A DNA stretch of 63,672 bases, filler included, from Nemertoderma westbladi (Eukaryota > Animalia > Xenacoelomorpha): assembly GCA_032718475.1 (NCBI GenBank). It is 3 parts of 3 records of this genome, joined end to end, with 100 filler letters (N's around TTAATTAATTAA, not from the genome) between each part and the next. Parts side by side here need not be neighbours in the genome. Positions count along the whole stretch, not along the records: positions 1 to 27,684 come from JAUCBJ010005913.1; 2 more parts are not named here. The stretch is one strand, 5' to 3'. A program made the translations under genes and the position numbers. Below, in pieces: positions 1 through 13,400 of the stretch. Positions within the stretch are counted from its first letter, which is position 1, and every line of letters starts with the position of its first letter. A model generated the notes under the pieces. The model was not told where the DNA came from. It saw nothing but the letters and a program-made list of their open reading frames with translations, and searched no databases.

Positions 1-204
1 ATATAACTGTTTAATTTGTTGTTAATTTAGTGTAAACTGTTTAATTAACAGTTTAGTAGCTTGTTGTATGTTGAATGTATTCTAATATTTATGTATTTCA
101 CTCATGTAAATAATACTTTTCGGTTTCGTTTTCACTTTTGTTCGAAATTTTTTTGAATTTTGATATAACAATTTTTTACTTTTATAAATTATATTGAGCT
201 TTAT

Positions 205-965
205 AGTGTTTTTTCGCACTTATTTATATCTTATAACCTGTACAGATAAGTTTCGTTTATTGTTTTGGTTAGATTTAAACCTTCTGTAACCATATTTTTA
301 GTGAAAACCTGGTATTCTTCACATGGGGTTGGTAAACTGCAAAGTGAAATATAACAGCAGAAAGTCTGGTATAATTCTCATATTTCCATTAATAATATTG
401 AAGTAAATAGATGAGGGAAAAAAAGGTAAAAAAAAAGTGTAACTTAGCTAGGACCATATATATTATAATCCGCACTTCTCGAGGTGGGGGCCCAAACCAT
501 TTACAATATATTGAGTATAGTTAATATAGTGATCCACGACGTGTTCTTTAGTGATCGATCTTTAATGATATTTATTTACCACTTACTTGATCTATGTTTA
601 CTATATCTTACCGTACTACCAGTACTCTCGCCTGCCTAGTATCCTATATTTATTTTAACCTGACCGACCCTTTTATTATGCTCAATGGGCGCATTCTGTA
701 ACATTTGTAATCAGGATTTTTATCAACCCTGTTTGGGCCCATGTGAAGAATACCAGACTTTCTGCCGTTATATTTCACTTTCAGTTACCCCCATGTGAAG
801 AATACCAGACTTTCTGCCGTTATATTTCACTTTCAGTTACCCCCATGTGAAGAATACCAGGTTTTCACCAAAAACACAGGTTACAGAAGGACTGAATAAA
901 ACCAAAACAATAAACTAATTAGTATATGTACAGGTTATAAAACAGAAATAAGCGCTATAAAACAC
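205..965. mobile_element. Foldback/MITE-like element with ~170-bp imperfect inverted arms
   Basis: Left arm (ttataacctgtaca...tttattgttttggtt...cttctgtaacc...gtgaaaacctggtattcttcacatgggg...gtgaaatataac...gaaagtctggtat, ~230-372) is the reverse complement of the right arm (~800-940). The right arm has a 52-bp tandem duplication (atgtgaagaatacc at 741, 793, 845). Outer boundaries are approximate. Confidence 0.65.
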
Positions 966-2574
966 TTAATAAAGATAAATTCAAAATAATGTACAAATAC
1001 AAATACAAATACTGTACAAATAATTTAAACTGATATTTTAAATTTCGATTCGCCAGACCATTTTAAATATAGCCGCCGGTGGCGTAAAATCTGGATAATG
1101 AAATAAAAAATGAAATAAATATGTCGTAAAACAACATAAGGTGCAGTCAATGAACCTTCACACAAGCTACAGTCCATTACATAGAAAGTAACCTACTATT
1201 TACCTTATTTGACTGAGGTCAATGCTGGGGATAGGTATAATTTGTGAAAAAACACAACAGTCAAAAAAGCAGTTCAATAAGAAGGCTCCGCCAGCACCGC
1301 GGCTCGCCCCAGATATAACACTGGTTAGGCCTACAGGTAGGTAAGCACAAATTTGCGAACAGCATTGCCGAATTATAAATTCATAATATGAGTGTTGTAC
1401 CGACATTTTCCAGCAACATGCGATATGCGGTGCTGAAACTTGGAGGAATTACTTTTAACACTGCGATCTACTGATATCCCCTTTCTTTGTGGTAACTTGT
1501 GACTGGTGACTGCGGTCTACTGTTTTTTTTTTTTAACTCGGGCTGAATATTATCACCATTTTAGGTGTTCCACAAACAAATTCCACCTATCCGGCAGCAG
1601 GGAGTAAATAAATCTTGGTAGAAATTCTTGTGCATTCTCAAATAATGAAGTATGTAGGAACTGGTACCGGTAGGTAGGTGAATCCGAGATTTGTGGTCCA
1701 GTTATTATTATCATTGATTGCTGCAATACAAATGAAAAACTAAAAAAATGAAAACTGTTCAGCTAATATATATAAAACCACACATAAATAAATTTAGAAA
1801 AACATATTATCATTATTACAGCTAACATTTACAGTACAACGTAAAGTTAGGCCAGGCCGGCTATCCATGTGGGCCTACATCATCTATTATCATGGCCCTA
1901 GAGGCATAAATATATTAGCAATGCGAAACCAATGTGTTTTACAAGGAATTAAAAGAACAGTTTCATTCTAGTTTGCTTGAAGCATCTCCTTTACCGCCGC
2001 AGATCTATCGAATGTTGAATAACGTTTTGACAGCCAAGCATGGGGTTTGATGTTCATTTTCCTAAAGGAAATTTGTATTGGATTGTACGACCGTAAACGT
2101 ATCAAACATCACATAGTTGACCAGTACATTTATTTTATTCCTCAGATCATATAAACCATAATTGATTATGTTACATACTAACATTATAAATAATATACCG
2201 GTATAAGTTACATTATAGGCTGCTGGAAACGGGAATTAGTTTTACAGAAAAAGAGAGTCGCATATTGTCATATCGTCGATTGTATTTTAATATTTATTTC
2301 AAAATTGAATTTTTCTTGCGTATACGATCCTCTGTTTATATCGCCCTAAATTGAAAGAAGGTCATTTAAGTAATCTGATGCAAAAAAATAAAAATTATTG
2401 AACGAAAGAACGAACGTGAGAATAAATTTTGATTTTATGAACAAAAATAAGTTAGTCAGCTACTAAGCATTTGAGCAGAAACTGAAAAGAAACCAATTAA
2501 AACTTACTTCCGGTAGAAATATACCACCTGATATCAAATATATCACATTAGTTATCAAAAACCTTACAAAAGGT

Positions 2575-4195
2575 ATTCCATGTTAGATCGTATCACCGCC
2601 ATTGTCTTCATGTCTGAGTCTGTACTCCCAGATATTCCCATTGGCGATATCTCCTTTGCAGAAGTGAAGACTGCTGCAAAGAGCATTAAGACCAATCGTG
2701 CCAGTGGAGTAGATGGTGTTCCCCCTGAGGTCTTTAAAATACCTGAGTGTTTAAAGCTCATCTATCCCATCATAGTAGACATGTACCGAACAACAAGAGT
2801 CCCACAAGAAATGAAAACTAATAAGTTGGTGCCAGGGCAACCTAACACTCTATGGTTCTTTTCGGGGAATCTCATTGATCTCAATTGCTGCAAAGCTATA
2901 CAATAGAATTCTATTAAATGGCATCAGGGATCCCATTGAGAGACTGCTCCGTGGAAATCAGAATGGGTTCCGTAAAGGTCGTGGGACCATGGAGCCCATT
3001 TTGGCACTTAGAAGGATAATTGAAGAGTTATCAAAAAAGAAAGACAGGCATCTGGCTGTTATCTTTGTTGACTTCTTCAAGGCCTTTGATTCAATCTCTC
3101 GCTCACGTATGTTGAGCATACTTTCATTATATGGGATTCCTGATGAAATTATTGCAGCAATCAGATCAGTATACGATGGTTCGACAACATTTGTGTCTAC
3201 TGTTGACGGTGACACAGAACCATTTGAAGTGTTATGGGGCGTCCTCCAGGGAGACACACTTAACACCATTCTTGTTCATAATTGTGGTTGACTATGTTCT
3301 ACGCATGTCCTTAGATCATCATAATGATGATGGGGTGATGATAACTCCACCTACTGGCTCCAGAAGTCGAGGAAATCCTGCCAAGTACCTAACTGATCTA
3401 GACTTTGCTGATGACTTAGGAGTACTCTCAGAATCACTAGAGGGAGCCCAACGGCTCCTCAGCTCATTAGAACATGCTGCTTCTAGTGTTGGTCTTTTTA
3501 TTAACTCCAGAAAGACCAAAATTTTGACAGTTAACTTTGAAAGTTCTCAGCAAGTCTCTGATCGGATGAGCATAAGCTCAAAGGATGGTATGCTTGAGCA
3601 TGTGGACGACTTCTGTTACCTGGGATCATGGATCCGGAAGTCAGGTGAAGACCTTCGAATACGTAAGGGAAAGGCATGGACAGCCTTGAATAGGCTTTCC
3701 AGGATTTGGAAGTCACCGATAATTAATCGGAAACTTAAGGTCAGATTATTTAGAGCAGCAGTAGTTCCAGTACTTCTCTATGGGAGTCCATGCTGGGCTC
3801 TAACTGCTGAGGACACCAAATCTCTGGATGGAACATTCTACGCCGGGTTCATTGTGTCAAGTACAATGCCCACATCTCCAACCAGACACTATATAACATT
3901 GGAAGTGTCTCATTGGTTCCCCCAAGCTTGACACTAGAACAAAATCGCCTCTGCTTTGCAGGACATTGCTTTCGCTGTGAGGACCAGCCAGTGCATAATC
4001 TTGTACTTTGGCAGCCTCATGGAGTGGATAAGCATGGTGGACAACCCATGACTTACTTGAGACGCATCTCAATGGACACTGGCCTTGAAGATGCGCATGA
4101 TCAATCAAATGTCATGGGTGATAGGGAGTTGTGGCGGCGCAATTTTGTCGACAAGCCGGCACAGCATTCTATGCCGATACTAGTACTAGTAGTAT
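2575..4195 (+). mobile_element. RTE-clade non-LTR retrotransposon, 5'-truncated, frameshifted reverse transcriptase
   Basis: Overlapping ORFs 2580-2906, 2875-3291, 3131-3931 and 3913-4242 give ASGVDGVP, RGISLISIAAKLYN, NQNGFRKGR, FVDFFKAFDS, GVLQGDTL, DLDFADDL, DFCYLGSWI, VLLYGS, RLCFAGHCFR. Ends in a tagta-type tail at ~4180-4194. Confidence 0.9.
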
Positions 4196-5279
4196 TGTCT
4201 TCATCAAACCAATCCAAGCGAACTAAATTAAACTATCTTTAAAAAGTAATGGATCCCACAAACTTATATAGAGGTAAAGTGACTGACTACGTAGTACTAA
4301 TAACAGAGCTGTAAGGGTGGACCCTGAAGCATGTAGAGTAGCTGGGATTGGATCGGAAAGGCCATCTGCGTCGAGATAATCGAGACTGTTTACGGAGTCA
4401 GTGTAGGGCACATCGGTAGAACAGGAAGACAACGACGGATATGACATTGGGTGACACCGTTGAGTGACGCTGAGTGTCTATGTACAGAGAATGAGTTGAA
4501 AATACAGTACATAGAGCAAACCAAATGTTACATTAAGACCAAAATACATGTTATCTACATTAGAATGGGACACAAGAGAAACAATGTCAAAGCCTAGAGG
4601 GTAGAGTGTTTGAATGCTAAGAATGAATGCATAACTATTTATTATGTATGATGGCGTGCTGATGAGTGAGGTACCTCATCCAAAACATCCCTCTTAGCAT
4701 AAAACACATCACTGGTGTCATATCTAAGATCTAAAAAAATCCCGCTCGAATTAATTCGCTCAACTATGCAAATCTTTTATATATACAGGTTAGAGATTTA
4801 ACATTCCAAACGCATTCTTGGCAAATGGTATCTAGGGGAATTCCACAAGGGCTCAACGGGCTGTTAATAATGTTCCTTATACATATTAAATACAAAATTC
4901 GACAAAGAAAACTATTTTATCTAATTAATTCCAGTGATGCAGAATTCAATGGCTTATACTTAAAAGAATTTAGAGCAGAACAATGGTTATTCAATAATAA
5001 TGCATTATATGTTTTTAATTTAATTTAATTTATTTATTTTGTAATTTAAACAGAACGCAGTAAATACTGCGGAACAATTAATTTCCCATTAATTCCACAT
5101 TTGGTAAATTAATTTTTTCATCAAATTCAAATTCATTTTCATTCACTTTATTTGCTATTAAATTGATCGTTCAAAGTCATATTTAAATTACATAAAAATA
5201 TATACAATCTATGAATGTTATAAACATAAACATAGAAACACAGATCACATGAAAAATTCCAATATATTCCATGTGACTT

Positions 5280-5436
5280 CCAAATAATGGACAGACCATT
5301 CAATTCTTCCCCTTACGAATCCGAAGGTCTAACAAAAATGACTTTCGGATTGATGATCCCAAGTAGCAGAAGTCGTACAGATCGTCAAGCACACCATCCT
5401 TGTTGATTATGCTCATACGCTCAGACATTTACTGAG
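5280..5436 (-). mobile_element. Short internal fragment of the same RTE family
   Basis: Minus strand reads MSIINKDGVLDDLYDFCYLGSSIRKS...DLRIRKGK, matching MSISSKDGMLEHVDDFCYLGSWIRKSGEDLRIRKGK at 3565-3672. Confidence 0.75.
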
Positions 5437-6001
5437 AACTGCAAAAGTTTGTTCCTAAAGTACTTTAAACCGTAACAACCAAGGTAATTTGAAATAGTTT
5501 TTAATGGACAGATACTAACTTATGATATTAAATATCTTTAAAATTTATTTTTAAACTTTACAAGTATGAAAATAATTCGCTTACAAAATTGCAGCCAATT
5601 CGTGTCAGTTTGCCATCAGTATGCGTACTGAGAAAGGAAAACAAACTAACACTCTTACAGACACATTTACTTATATTTAAATTCTTCATTAATTATTTTT
5701 AAAAATAATATTTGCGTCATAAGTGTCGTACGTGGAATTGAAGTTAATGCTAATAATATATATACCAAACAGCAAATAATATAATTTAATATAGTTTTAA
5801 TTTTTTTTTTTTTTTATTTTATTTTTTTTTTATTTATTGTATATAGTTTTAAATAAAAATAAACGAGATTAATATTATAAAAGTTTAAATAATGCTAAGG
5901 CTTGTTTATTTTTTCATATTTATATATTTTGTAATAGACAGGAATCTGAATTATATATCATATATATTATTATCATTAATTTATATGTGGGGGTACAAAA
6001 T

Positions 6002-7576
6002 ATGGCAACTCTATACTATTCTAAACTCGTTATATTCATTCAGATGGTAACATGGATAATGTGCTCAAACGCAATGACAAACAAAGAACCAAATATAACT
6101 CAGTATTTGACTTCAATAATAGGAGATATATCGGTTTACAATCAAGCTATTAGACCTTATATGGGAGAGAGAACATTAGATGTTGGAGTACATGTCGCTA
6201 TAGACCACATAGGGGATATTGACGATGAAGAGATGACATTTAGTGCAATCCTATACCTACGTTTAAGGTGGGCCGACCCCAGATTAGCTTACAATGTAAC
6301 ATTTAATATTTACAGCGGGGAAATAACTATAGGAAGTTCTATTCTAGAACAAATTTGGAGACCAAATATATACTTTACAAACAGTTTATCAACAGAAATA
6401 TTTGATAAGCCAATGCCAAATTCTTTGTTAAGTATATCCCCTAATGGAAATGTATTTACGTCCCAAAGAATTCGAATTAAGAACCGCTGTTATTTCAATT
6501 TTCTACGCTACCCTATGGATGTACAACATTGCCAGATCACTATGGAAACCTATGGGTTTGACAGCCAAGAAGTGGCCTTGAAATTTGGTGATACTGGTTT
6601 CACGAATAATGGGGCGCAATTCCTCTCAGCCGTGAACCTTACCCAGTATGGTCCACTACAAGATACCGATCTGAAAATTACAGAAACTGAGTTGATTTAT
6701 GATACGGGGAATTTTTCGTTTTTAATCATAACATTTCCACTGCGGCGCCTAACCAGGGGAGTAATGGGGGGAAATCGGGCGAAACGAAATAAATATGAAA
6801 CAGTAACTTAATCGATGCTTGAAATTTGGAAGTAAATGCTAATGAAATGGAACTAAATGCCCTGGCATTGACTACTTAATAAAAATACAACTAAATACCC
6901 GTGACCACAAAATAACATGCAGTAGTACTAGTTACCGAAAATGCCTCAGAATGTTACTAATATTAAATTGTTAAATTAAAAAACCCTGATCGATCGCACT
7001 TTAAAAGCATGTTTGGTACAAAAATTACATAGAAATATTTAAGTAGAACATTTTTAAGAAAACAACTTCCCTAAGGAATAATTTATCTTGTTTCGCCTGT
7101 TTTCCCAAATACTCACCTAATTCAGCGCGTACATCATCACCGTTTACCTCCCGCTCAACATCGCCGTTGTTATATCTTGGGTCGCCTTTTGGATCGACCG
7201 AAGGGCCACTCCAGCTCGAGCTGCACTCACCATCACCACGATGTTGATCATCATAACGATCGCGTTAAACACTTACACAAGACTCCCCAACGTCTCGTAC
7301 ATAAAGGCTCTAGACGTGGGATTCGCGATCGCCTTCCTATTCGCTTTTGCGAGTCTCATTGAACTGGCTTTGGTCTGCCAATTCGGAAAACAGTTTGACA
7401 AGTTGTTGCTAGCAGAGAACCATTACAGCCACGCTAAACCCAGACATACAGACATCGCGGACCGGATAGACAAAGTGTCTCGGTTTTTATTCCCAATATT
7501 ATATATACCTTGCGTTATACTTTATTTTTGTCTGTACATGTTTGCCAACGAGTTAACGCCTTTTGGAAATTCTTAG
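6002..7576 (+). CDS. Cys-loop ligand-gated ion channel subunit, anion-selective GABA-A/glycine-receptor superfamily (exons 6002-6756 and 7126-7576, ~401 aa)
   Basis: Signal peptide (MATLYYSK...CSNA), IRP, W-x-D-P-R-L, IWRPNIYF and Cys loop CYFNFLRYPMDVQHC. Joining at 6756/7126 gives LRRLTSAYIITVYLP...SWVAFWID (M1), PARAALTITTML (M2, PAR anion filter), LPNVSYIKALD (M2-M3), M3, a short loop and IDKVSRFLFP (M4). The donor site is non-canonical (see findings), so this copy could be a pseudogene. Confidence 0.88.
6757..7125 (+). other. 369-bp intron with terminal inverted repeats (introner/MITE-like); GG...AG ends
   Basis: 6755-6794 aggggagtaatggggggaaatcgggcgaaacgaaataaat is imperfectly complementary to 7081-7118 atttatcttgtttcgcctgttttcccaaatactcacct. 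Removing it restores the reading frame and the pre-M1 spacing. Confidence 0.7.
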
Positions 7577-7900
7577 AACATAATTCATTGCATTCTGGTA
7601 TGTATGTAAGGGTGCATGTTCTGAAACATAATGATGGTTCTAGAGCATAAAGAGATGTGTTCGAGGTTTTACCTATTGTTAATAAATTGTTGTGTTTCTT
7701 CCTTGACAATTTGCTACCACACTTCCGGTTTGGCAGTGGTGTGAACGGAGTGACGACCTCTGTGAGTGGTTGATGTCCAGATTGGAGGCCCTGATGTGGA
7801 TCACATGGCAATAATGACGGTATTCGTGTAACGCGTACTGATTGCCACTCTGGATGAAAGTATGGAGACGGTTAACACATTTATTGAGAGAGCCGCCCAG

Positions 7901-9040
7901 AAGATGGGGTGATGGTAACACCCCCTACTGGCACAAGAAGTACAGGAAATCAACAAAGTTATCATACTTTTCTGATGACTAAGGCCGCGTTCACACTACC
8001 GAGTCAAAGTCAAAAGAAAATAAATATAGCTAACTAGCAATAACAAATACTAATACATTATATAGGCCTAATATAATACATAATGGCGTTCTAGAAAAAA
8101 ATTAATTTCTTGTTATTTTTTTTACATTTTTGTCTTTTGACTTTGACTCGGTAGTGCGAACGCGGCCTTAGTCATCAGAAAAGTATGGTAACTTTAGTTG
8201 ATTTCCTGTACCATTTTTGCCAGTAGGGGGTGTTCAATCACCCCATCTTATGGGCTGAATCAGTGTCACTAGAATCACTAGAGGGGGCCGAAAGGCTCCT
8301 ATGCTCATTGGATCATGTTGCTTTTAGTGTTGGTGTTTTTGTGAACTCCAAGAAGACCAAAATTATGACAATGAATATCTTATAGCAAGGCCGTAAGCTC
8401 CAATGACGGCTTGCTTGAGCACTTGGATGACTTCTGCTACTTGGGATCAGGGATCAGAAAGTCAGGTGAAGAAGACATTCGGATACGTAAGAGGGAGGCA
8501 TGGGCAGCGCTAAATAGTATGTCCAGGATTTGGAAGTCCCATGGAATAAAAGGGAATCTCAGGGTTGGAATATTTATGGCAGTAGTAGTACCAGTACTCT
8601 TAGATGGTCTAACTACAGATGATACCAAATCTCTGGATGGTACTTTCACAAGAATGCTGCGCGGGGTTCATTGCGTCAAGTACAATGAACACATATCCAA
8701 CCAGACTCTATACAACATTGGAGCTGTTCCATTAATATCCCCTAGCTTGACACTTGAACGGAACCGCCTCCACTTTGCAGGACATTGCTTTCGCCGTGAG
8801 GAGCAGCCAGTGCATAATCTAGTACTTTGGCGGCCTCACGGAGTGAATAAGCATGGTGGACAGCCCATGACTTTCTTGAGAGGCCTCTTAAAGGACACTG
8901 GCCTTGAAGTTGCGGATGATCTGGCAAATGTCATGGGTGATATGGAGTTGTGGTGACGCACCATTGTCGACAAGCCAGCATAGCATTCTTAATATATATA
9001 TGTAATATATATATAGTGCAGCTGTAATGCAGCATGTCGA
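7901..9040 (+). mobile_element. Second RTE-family copy (3' part), interrupted by the MITE and an inverted duplication
   Basis: 7903-7980 matches 3328-3417 of copy 1 (DGVMVTPPTG). Homology resumes at ~8271 (ESLEGA). ORF 8411-8956 has DFCYLGS and RLHFAGHCFR, and the shared 3' end cgacaagcc...cattct follows. Confidence 0.85.
7983..8167. mobile_element. 185-bp MITE, PIF/Harbinger-like termini
   Basis: TIRs ggccgcgttcacactaccgagtcaaagtcaaaag / cttttgactttgactcggtagtgcgaacgcggcc, flanked by TAA and TTA. Confidence 0.75.
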
Positions 9041-10470
9041 TAATATAAGTAGCCAAAGAGTCAAAGAGTAACCAAAAGGAATGGTCGACTGAAGGTATCT
9101 AATGCTGACAGGAGCACAATGATGGTACAAATCCTGGTACACTGTTAACAAATAATCCAGCTACGAGCTCATGTATGAGAATATAGGTAGGTGAGTGTGA
9201 GAATTGTGGTTCAGTTACATTATCACTCCCATTGCTTGGACCAATTCAAATTGCAGTACGAAAGAAACAAGCACATATGATCTCAAAAATTACAGTATGC
9301 TCAATAACTATATGTACAGATATGCAGTAAACGAGAGCCAATAATGTGATTTTTTTAATAAATTGTGATACTTTTATAAATTTATTGATTCTAGGATGTT
9401 TGACGACTTTGCAGACAGGTACTGTAAAGGTGTAAAGGAAAATATTCCCATTTCTCGCTCGTTATACACTTTTGTAAGTAATTATTACCAGCTAACTATT
9501 CAGTCCGGTTACAAATTATACATCCGGCAGCTCCAATTCACAAATACATTGAAATACATATCCAGCGCTAAATGGTCGAATACGAAGTAAAGTTTGTTTA
9601 TTGTTTTGGTTAGAATAGTCCGACACTATAACCAGCTCCTTTCCCTTAATGTTAAAATGAAATTAAGTTGTTAAGGTGTTTGCGGTCGTTTTGCGCTGTA
9701 ACTCTAAAAACATGAATGTATCTTTGTGAAACTACGTCATATATATAGACCATTAATGATATTATTGTATCTCTATTATTTTTTACCCAAAACTTTGTGC
9801 TTATGCTAATCATAATGTATTAACCAAATATAATTATTTATTTATTTATCCTGTTTTAACCCCTTTGTATTATCTGACCCTAGTTCTAGCCCCTGTCCTT
9901 TTGAATACTTATAACCCCTGTAACTAGCCCAATTATTATTAGGTATCTCCTCAATATGCCACAGACTGCAACTCTAGAACTTTATAATTAATTAAATATT
10001 GTTATACTATAAACTGTTATTTGGTGTCACGGCTGCTATTAATAAATATCTCGTATTTCGGCGATACTTTTGACACATTAAGCACTAATCACTGAATTTA
10101 AAATGAAATTAATTCAGAAATAATTTCGAATGCAGCTCTGGTGCAAACAGGTGCTGTACTATGGGGGGGGGGGGGGGGGGGGTTATAGAGCCACCAAAGG
10201 TGGTTGAAAAAGCTGTGACACTGGCACACAGTGCCACCCTATATACACGGGGTTTAAACTGACAGTGGGTAGAGAAAGACTTGTTTCTGTATTATGGTAT
10301 ATATAATTTATGTAGGTAGTGGCTAGGTCACTTCAAGGGTTCCATTCCATGGCCCTTTAAAATTAGTTAACATAAATTTCAATTGTAGAATAAAATTACT
10401 GTAAAACAATAATATAACACAAACAGTTAACAATAAATATACGATACCCCTCAACCTCACATCTACCCAC

Positions 10471-13400
10471 CTTAATATGGGTGTCCTCAGCAGAAGAAGC
10501 GCCTAGCATTGCGTCCTTCTTATCGTTACGACCACCTCTGGTTTTCTCTACGATAGTGTCGTACATTGATTCAATAAATCTCTGTTCTAGAATTTCGATA
10601 TCTTCATCACTGCAAAACATATATTAAATATTTAGGGTGTGAAAAGTTTTGTGTGAAAACCAATAGTTCGCATTTAATTACTCTATGATAATATATGTCC
10701 TTTCTGTCTCGTATATATTTAAGTATGTCCGTCTATCTGTTTGCCTGCATGTCTCTCAGTGATAGAAAGCTACTGAAACTCACCTTAAGGGGGGGGGGGG
10801 GGGGGGGGTGGGTTGTCGAATTTGGCAATTGGACGGGCTTTCCATTTCCGTGGTCACACACTTTAAATACTCGCTTCTGATTGGCTAATAGCCAATTTCA
10901 CGAAATTTTGATTGGTCCGTTCTTAAAATGGTGCACTGACTATCCCTTTATAGAATCCTTACAGGAATTTTTGAATTTCTTTTTCAAAATGATTTTATTG
11001 CACTTTTTGTGAAACGAAGTCATGAAATTTTAATTTTTATAGACTACACTGGCTTTAATATAACTTTTCTCGAGAACTAGAGCGAAATTAAAAAAATCCA
11101 TCTAAGCTAAGGAATCTGTTCAGGGATTTCAATAAAAAAAAATTAGCCAAATCGGATAAATATTGAAGGAGGAGATACATTTTTAGTGAATAAAAATTAC
11201 CCCAAAAAAATAAATAGGAGTAAATGACGAAAACAAAATGTCGTTTTTGAACCTCCCGCGCAAACTGTCTGTGAATATGAAAGAATGTCAGTTATAATGT
11301 CCGACAGTAAGGATGATGATAAACTAACTAAAAATTATTTCGTTATGGGGTTTTCGGGGTCGAAGATTTCATTTCTGATGTCAATTTTTATGTTTGATGG
11401 AATCTAGGCTTTCTGTCTGCCAGTCTGTCTGTCTTCAGTCTGTCTGTCTAGCTGCTAGTTGTCCATCCAATTATAATAAATCACACTGCCTAGCTAAAAT
11501 AACTCTTTCGGGGGTTTTCTGAGGCGGAGATTTCACTTCTGATGTTATTGCTATTATAACTATGATGCTTTTTGTCCATCACTTTGAAATTTTGATATAG
11601 AACGTAAAGTGTAAGTACTGCAAAAAAAGCAGTAAAAAATGACAGGCAAGCTCACATTCGCTGTATCGAAATCATTGCGCAGATTTATAGTCTCTTCAAT
11701 TGCAGTGGCAGAGAGCGGCACAAACAGAGCCGGGTAAATATTTCGTGACAGTTTCAGTTTTGTCTTACCTGCTTGTGAACAATGGGCAGTCTGCAGTTCT
11801 ATTCCCCCCCCCCCCCCCCCCCCCTCCCTCTCTGTACTAAGGTCAAGTATATTTACTACAAATACTTGTGTAGATGTAAGCGTGTATAAAGATACATATT
11901 TTTAAGTTCCCAATACCTACTACCCAGTACCTTTATACACAAACTTAAATGTAGTGAGCGAATACAAATATCAGATCACCAAAATTGTCACATTTTGAAA
12001 CGATTGCGGATGTGAACAGAACATATTAAAATTTACTTGTTTAAAAAGTGTTAAAATATTTACCATAGATAATATTTTAAGTTTCAGTTACATTGTAACT
12101 CAGATCGGGAGTACCGGTACTTACAGATCGGGGTTTCTCTCTGAGGTAGGTGCTGCTGTGTGGGTGGCCGGTGTCTGCATCTCCGAATGAAACAATTCGT
12201 CTTCCACGCCTTCCACATCCCCTTCAGCCTCACCAAGGTGCATGTCAGGGTCAAGTAAATCAACAATATCCTCGAATAACTAAAACAACAAACCGATCAT
12301 CGTTGTTGTTAAAAGTTAATTAGCAAGTCGTAAGACTTGATTACTGTAAGAAAAAAAAGCTACTGACTACTGGCTCCTGGCTACTGACTACTGGCTACGA
12401 CGTAGAGCAAAAACGGCTCAACGATTTTGATAAAATTTTGCATGGACCATGAAAATAGATTTCTAAGGGTAGGCCTACTTGTGAAATTGTGGTTTAAATT
12501 GAAACATCTCAACTTGTTTTATTTCGAAAAATAGCCCCAAAACACGAAAATTGCCATAGGCGCAATGATAAAACACCAGCTAGCACTCATGAAAAATGTA
12601 TAGAGATGGCCTGGTAATGCTATTATTCAATAGAGGAAAGGCCAACTAATTACAACTCAACTCGAGTGAGATTAGCTCGCATTGTTTGTACAGGACAAAC
12701 AAACCTCGTCTGTCATAGACAGAGTGTTTACCATCTGGTTTGGCAACTAAATTCCTTTGCCCTACCTACCGCGTTGGTCAGCATTAGTTGAATGGACAGA
12801 ACTTTTCACACCATCTGGTGTGTCTCAACTAGTATTAATGTTGGGCAAAAGATTTATAAATAAAACAATCAGACTAATTGTTTTATTTATAAATCTTTTG
12901 GCCAACATTAATACTATAGGCCTAGAGACTGTTTAAAAGGCTGCATGTTTACTCAGCTTCATGATTCTAACATGGCTCAAGATGGCTAACATTATAGTTT
13001 GTAATGTAAAAATCACTGCTTATTATCTATATCAGGTTACTCACTGTTGATTGCAAAATGTTTTATTGATGGATTACTCTCTGTCAGACTCCCCTTCTAT
13101 AGCAGTATCAAGGTACACGGTACGGTATATAATAGCAGTATCAAGGTACACGGTACGGTATATAATAGCAGTATCAAGGTACACGGTACGGTATATAATA
13201 GCAGTATCAAGGTACGAGGTACGGTATATAATAGCAGTATCATGGTATGGTATATAATAGCAATACCACAGTACACGGTACGGTATATAATAGCAGTATC
13301 AAGGTACACGGTACGGTATATAATAGCAGTATCATGGTACACGGTACGGTACGGTATATAATAGCAGTATCAAGGTACACGGTACGGTATATAATAGCAG

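Noticed and set aside
4655-4700. Possible hammerhead ribozyme (ctgatgag-tgaggtacctca...caaaac)
   Set aside because: The GAAA core is absent, and stems I/III with a cleavage triplet could not be formed.
5987-6811. Stand-alone soluble ligand-binding (AChBP-like) protein from ORF 5987-6811
   Set aside because: The complete M1-M4 region follows at 7126-7576 in a compatible phase; the ORF tail is read-through into the intron.
10163-11824. Poly-G/poly-C tracts (10163, 10789, 11804) as element termini
   Set aside because: No matching TIR pair or TSD could be established; treated as simple homopolymers.
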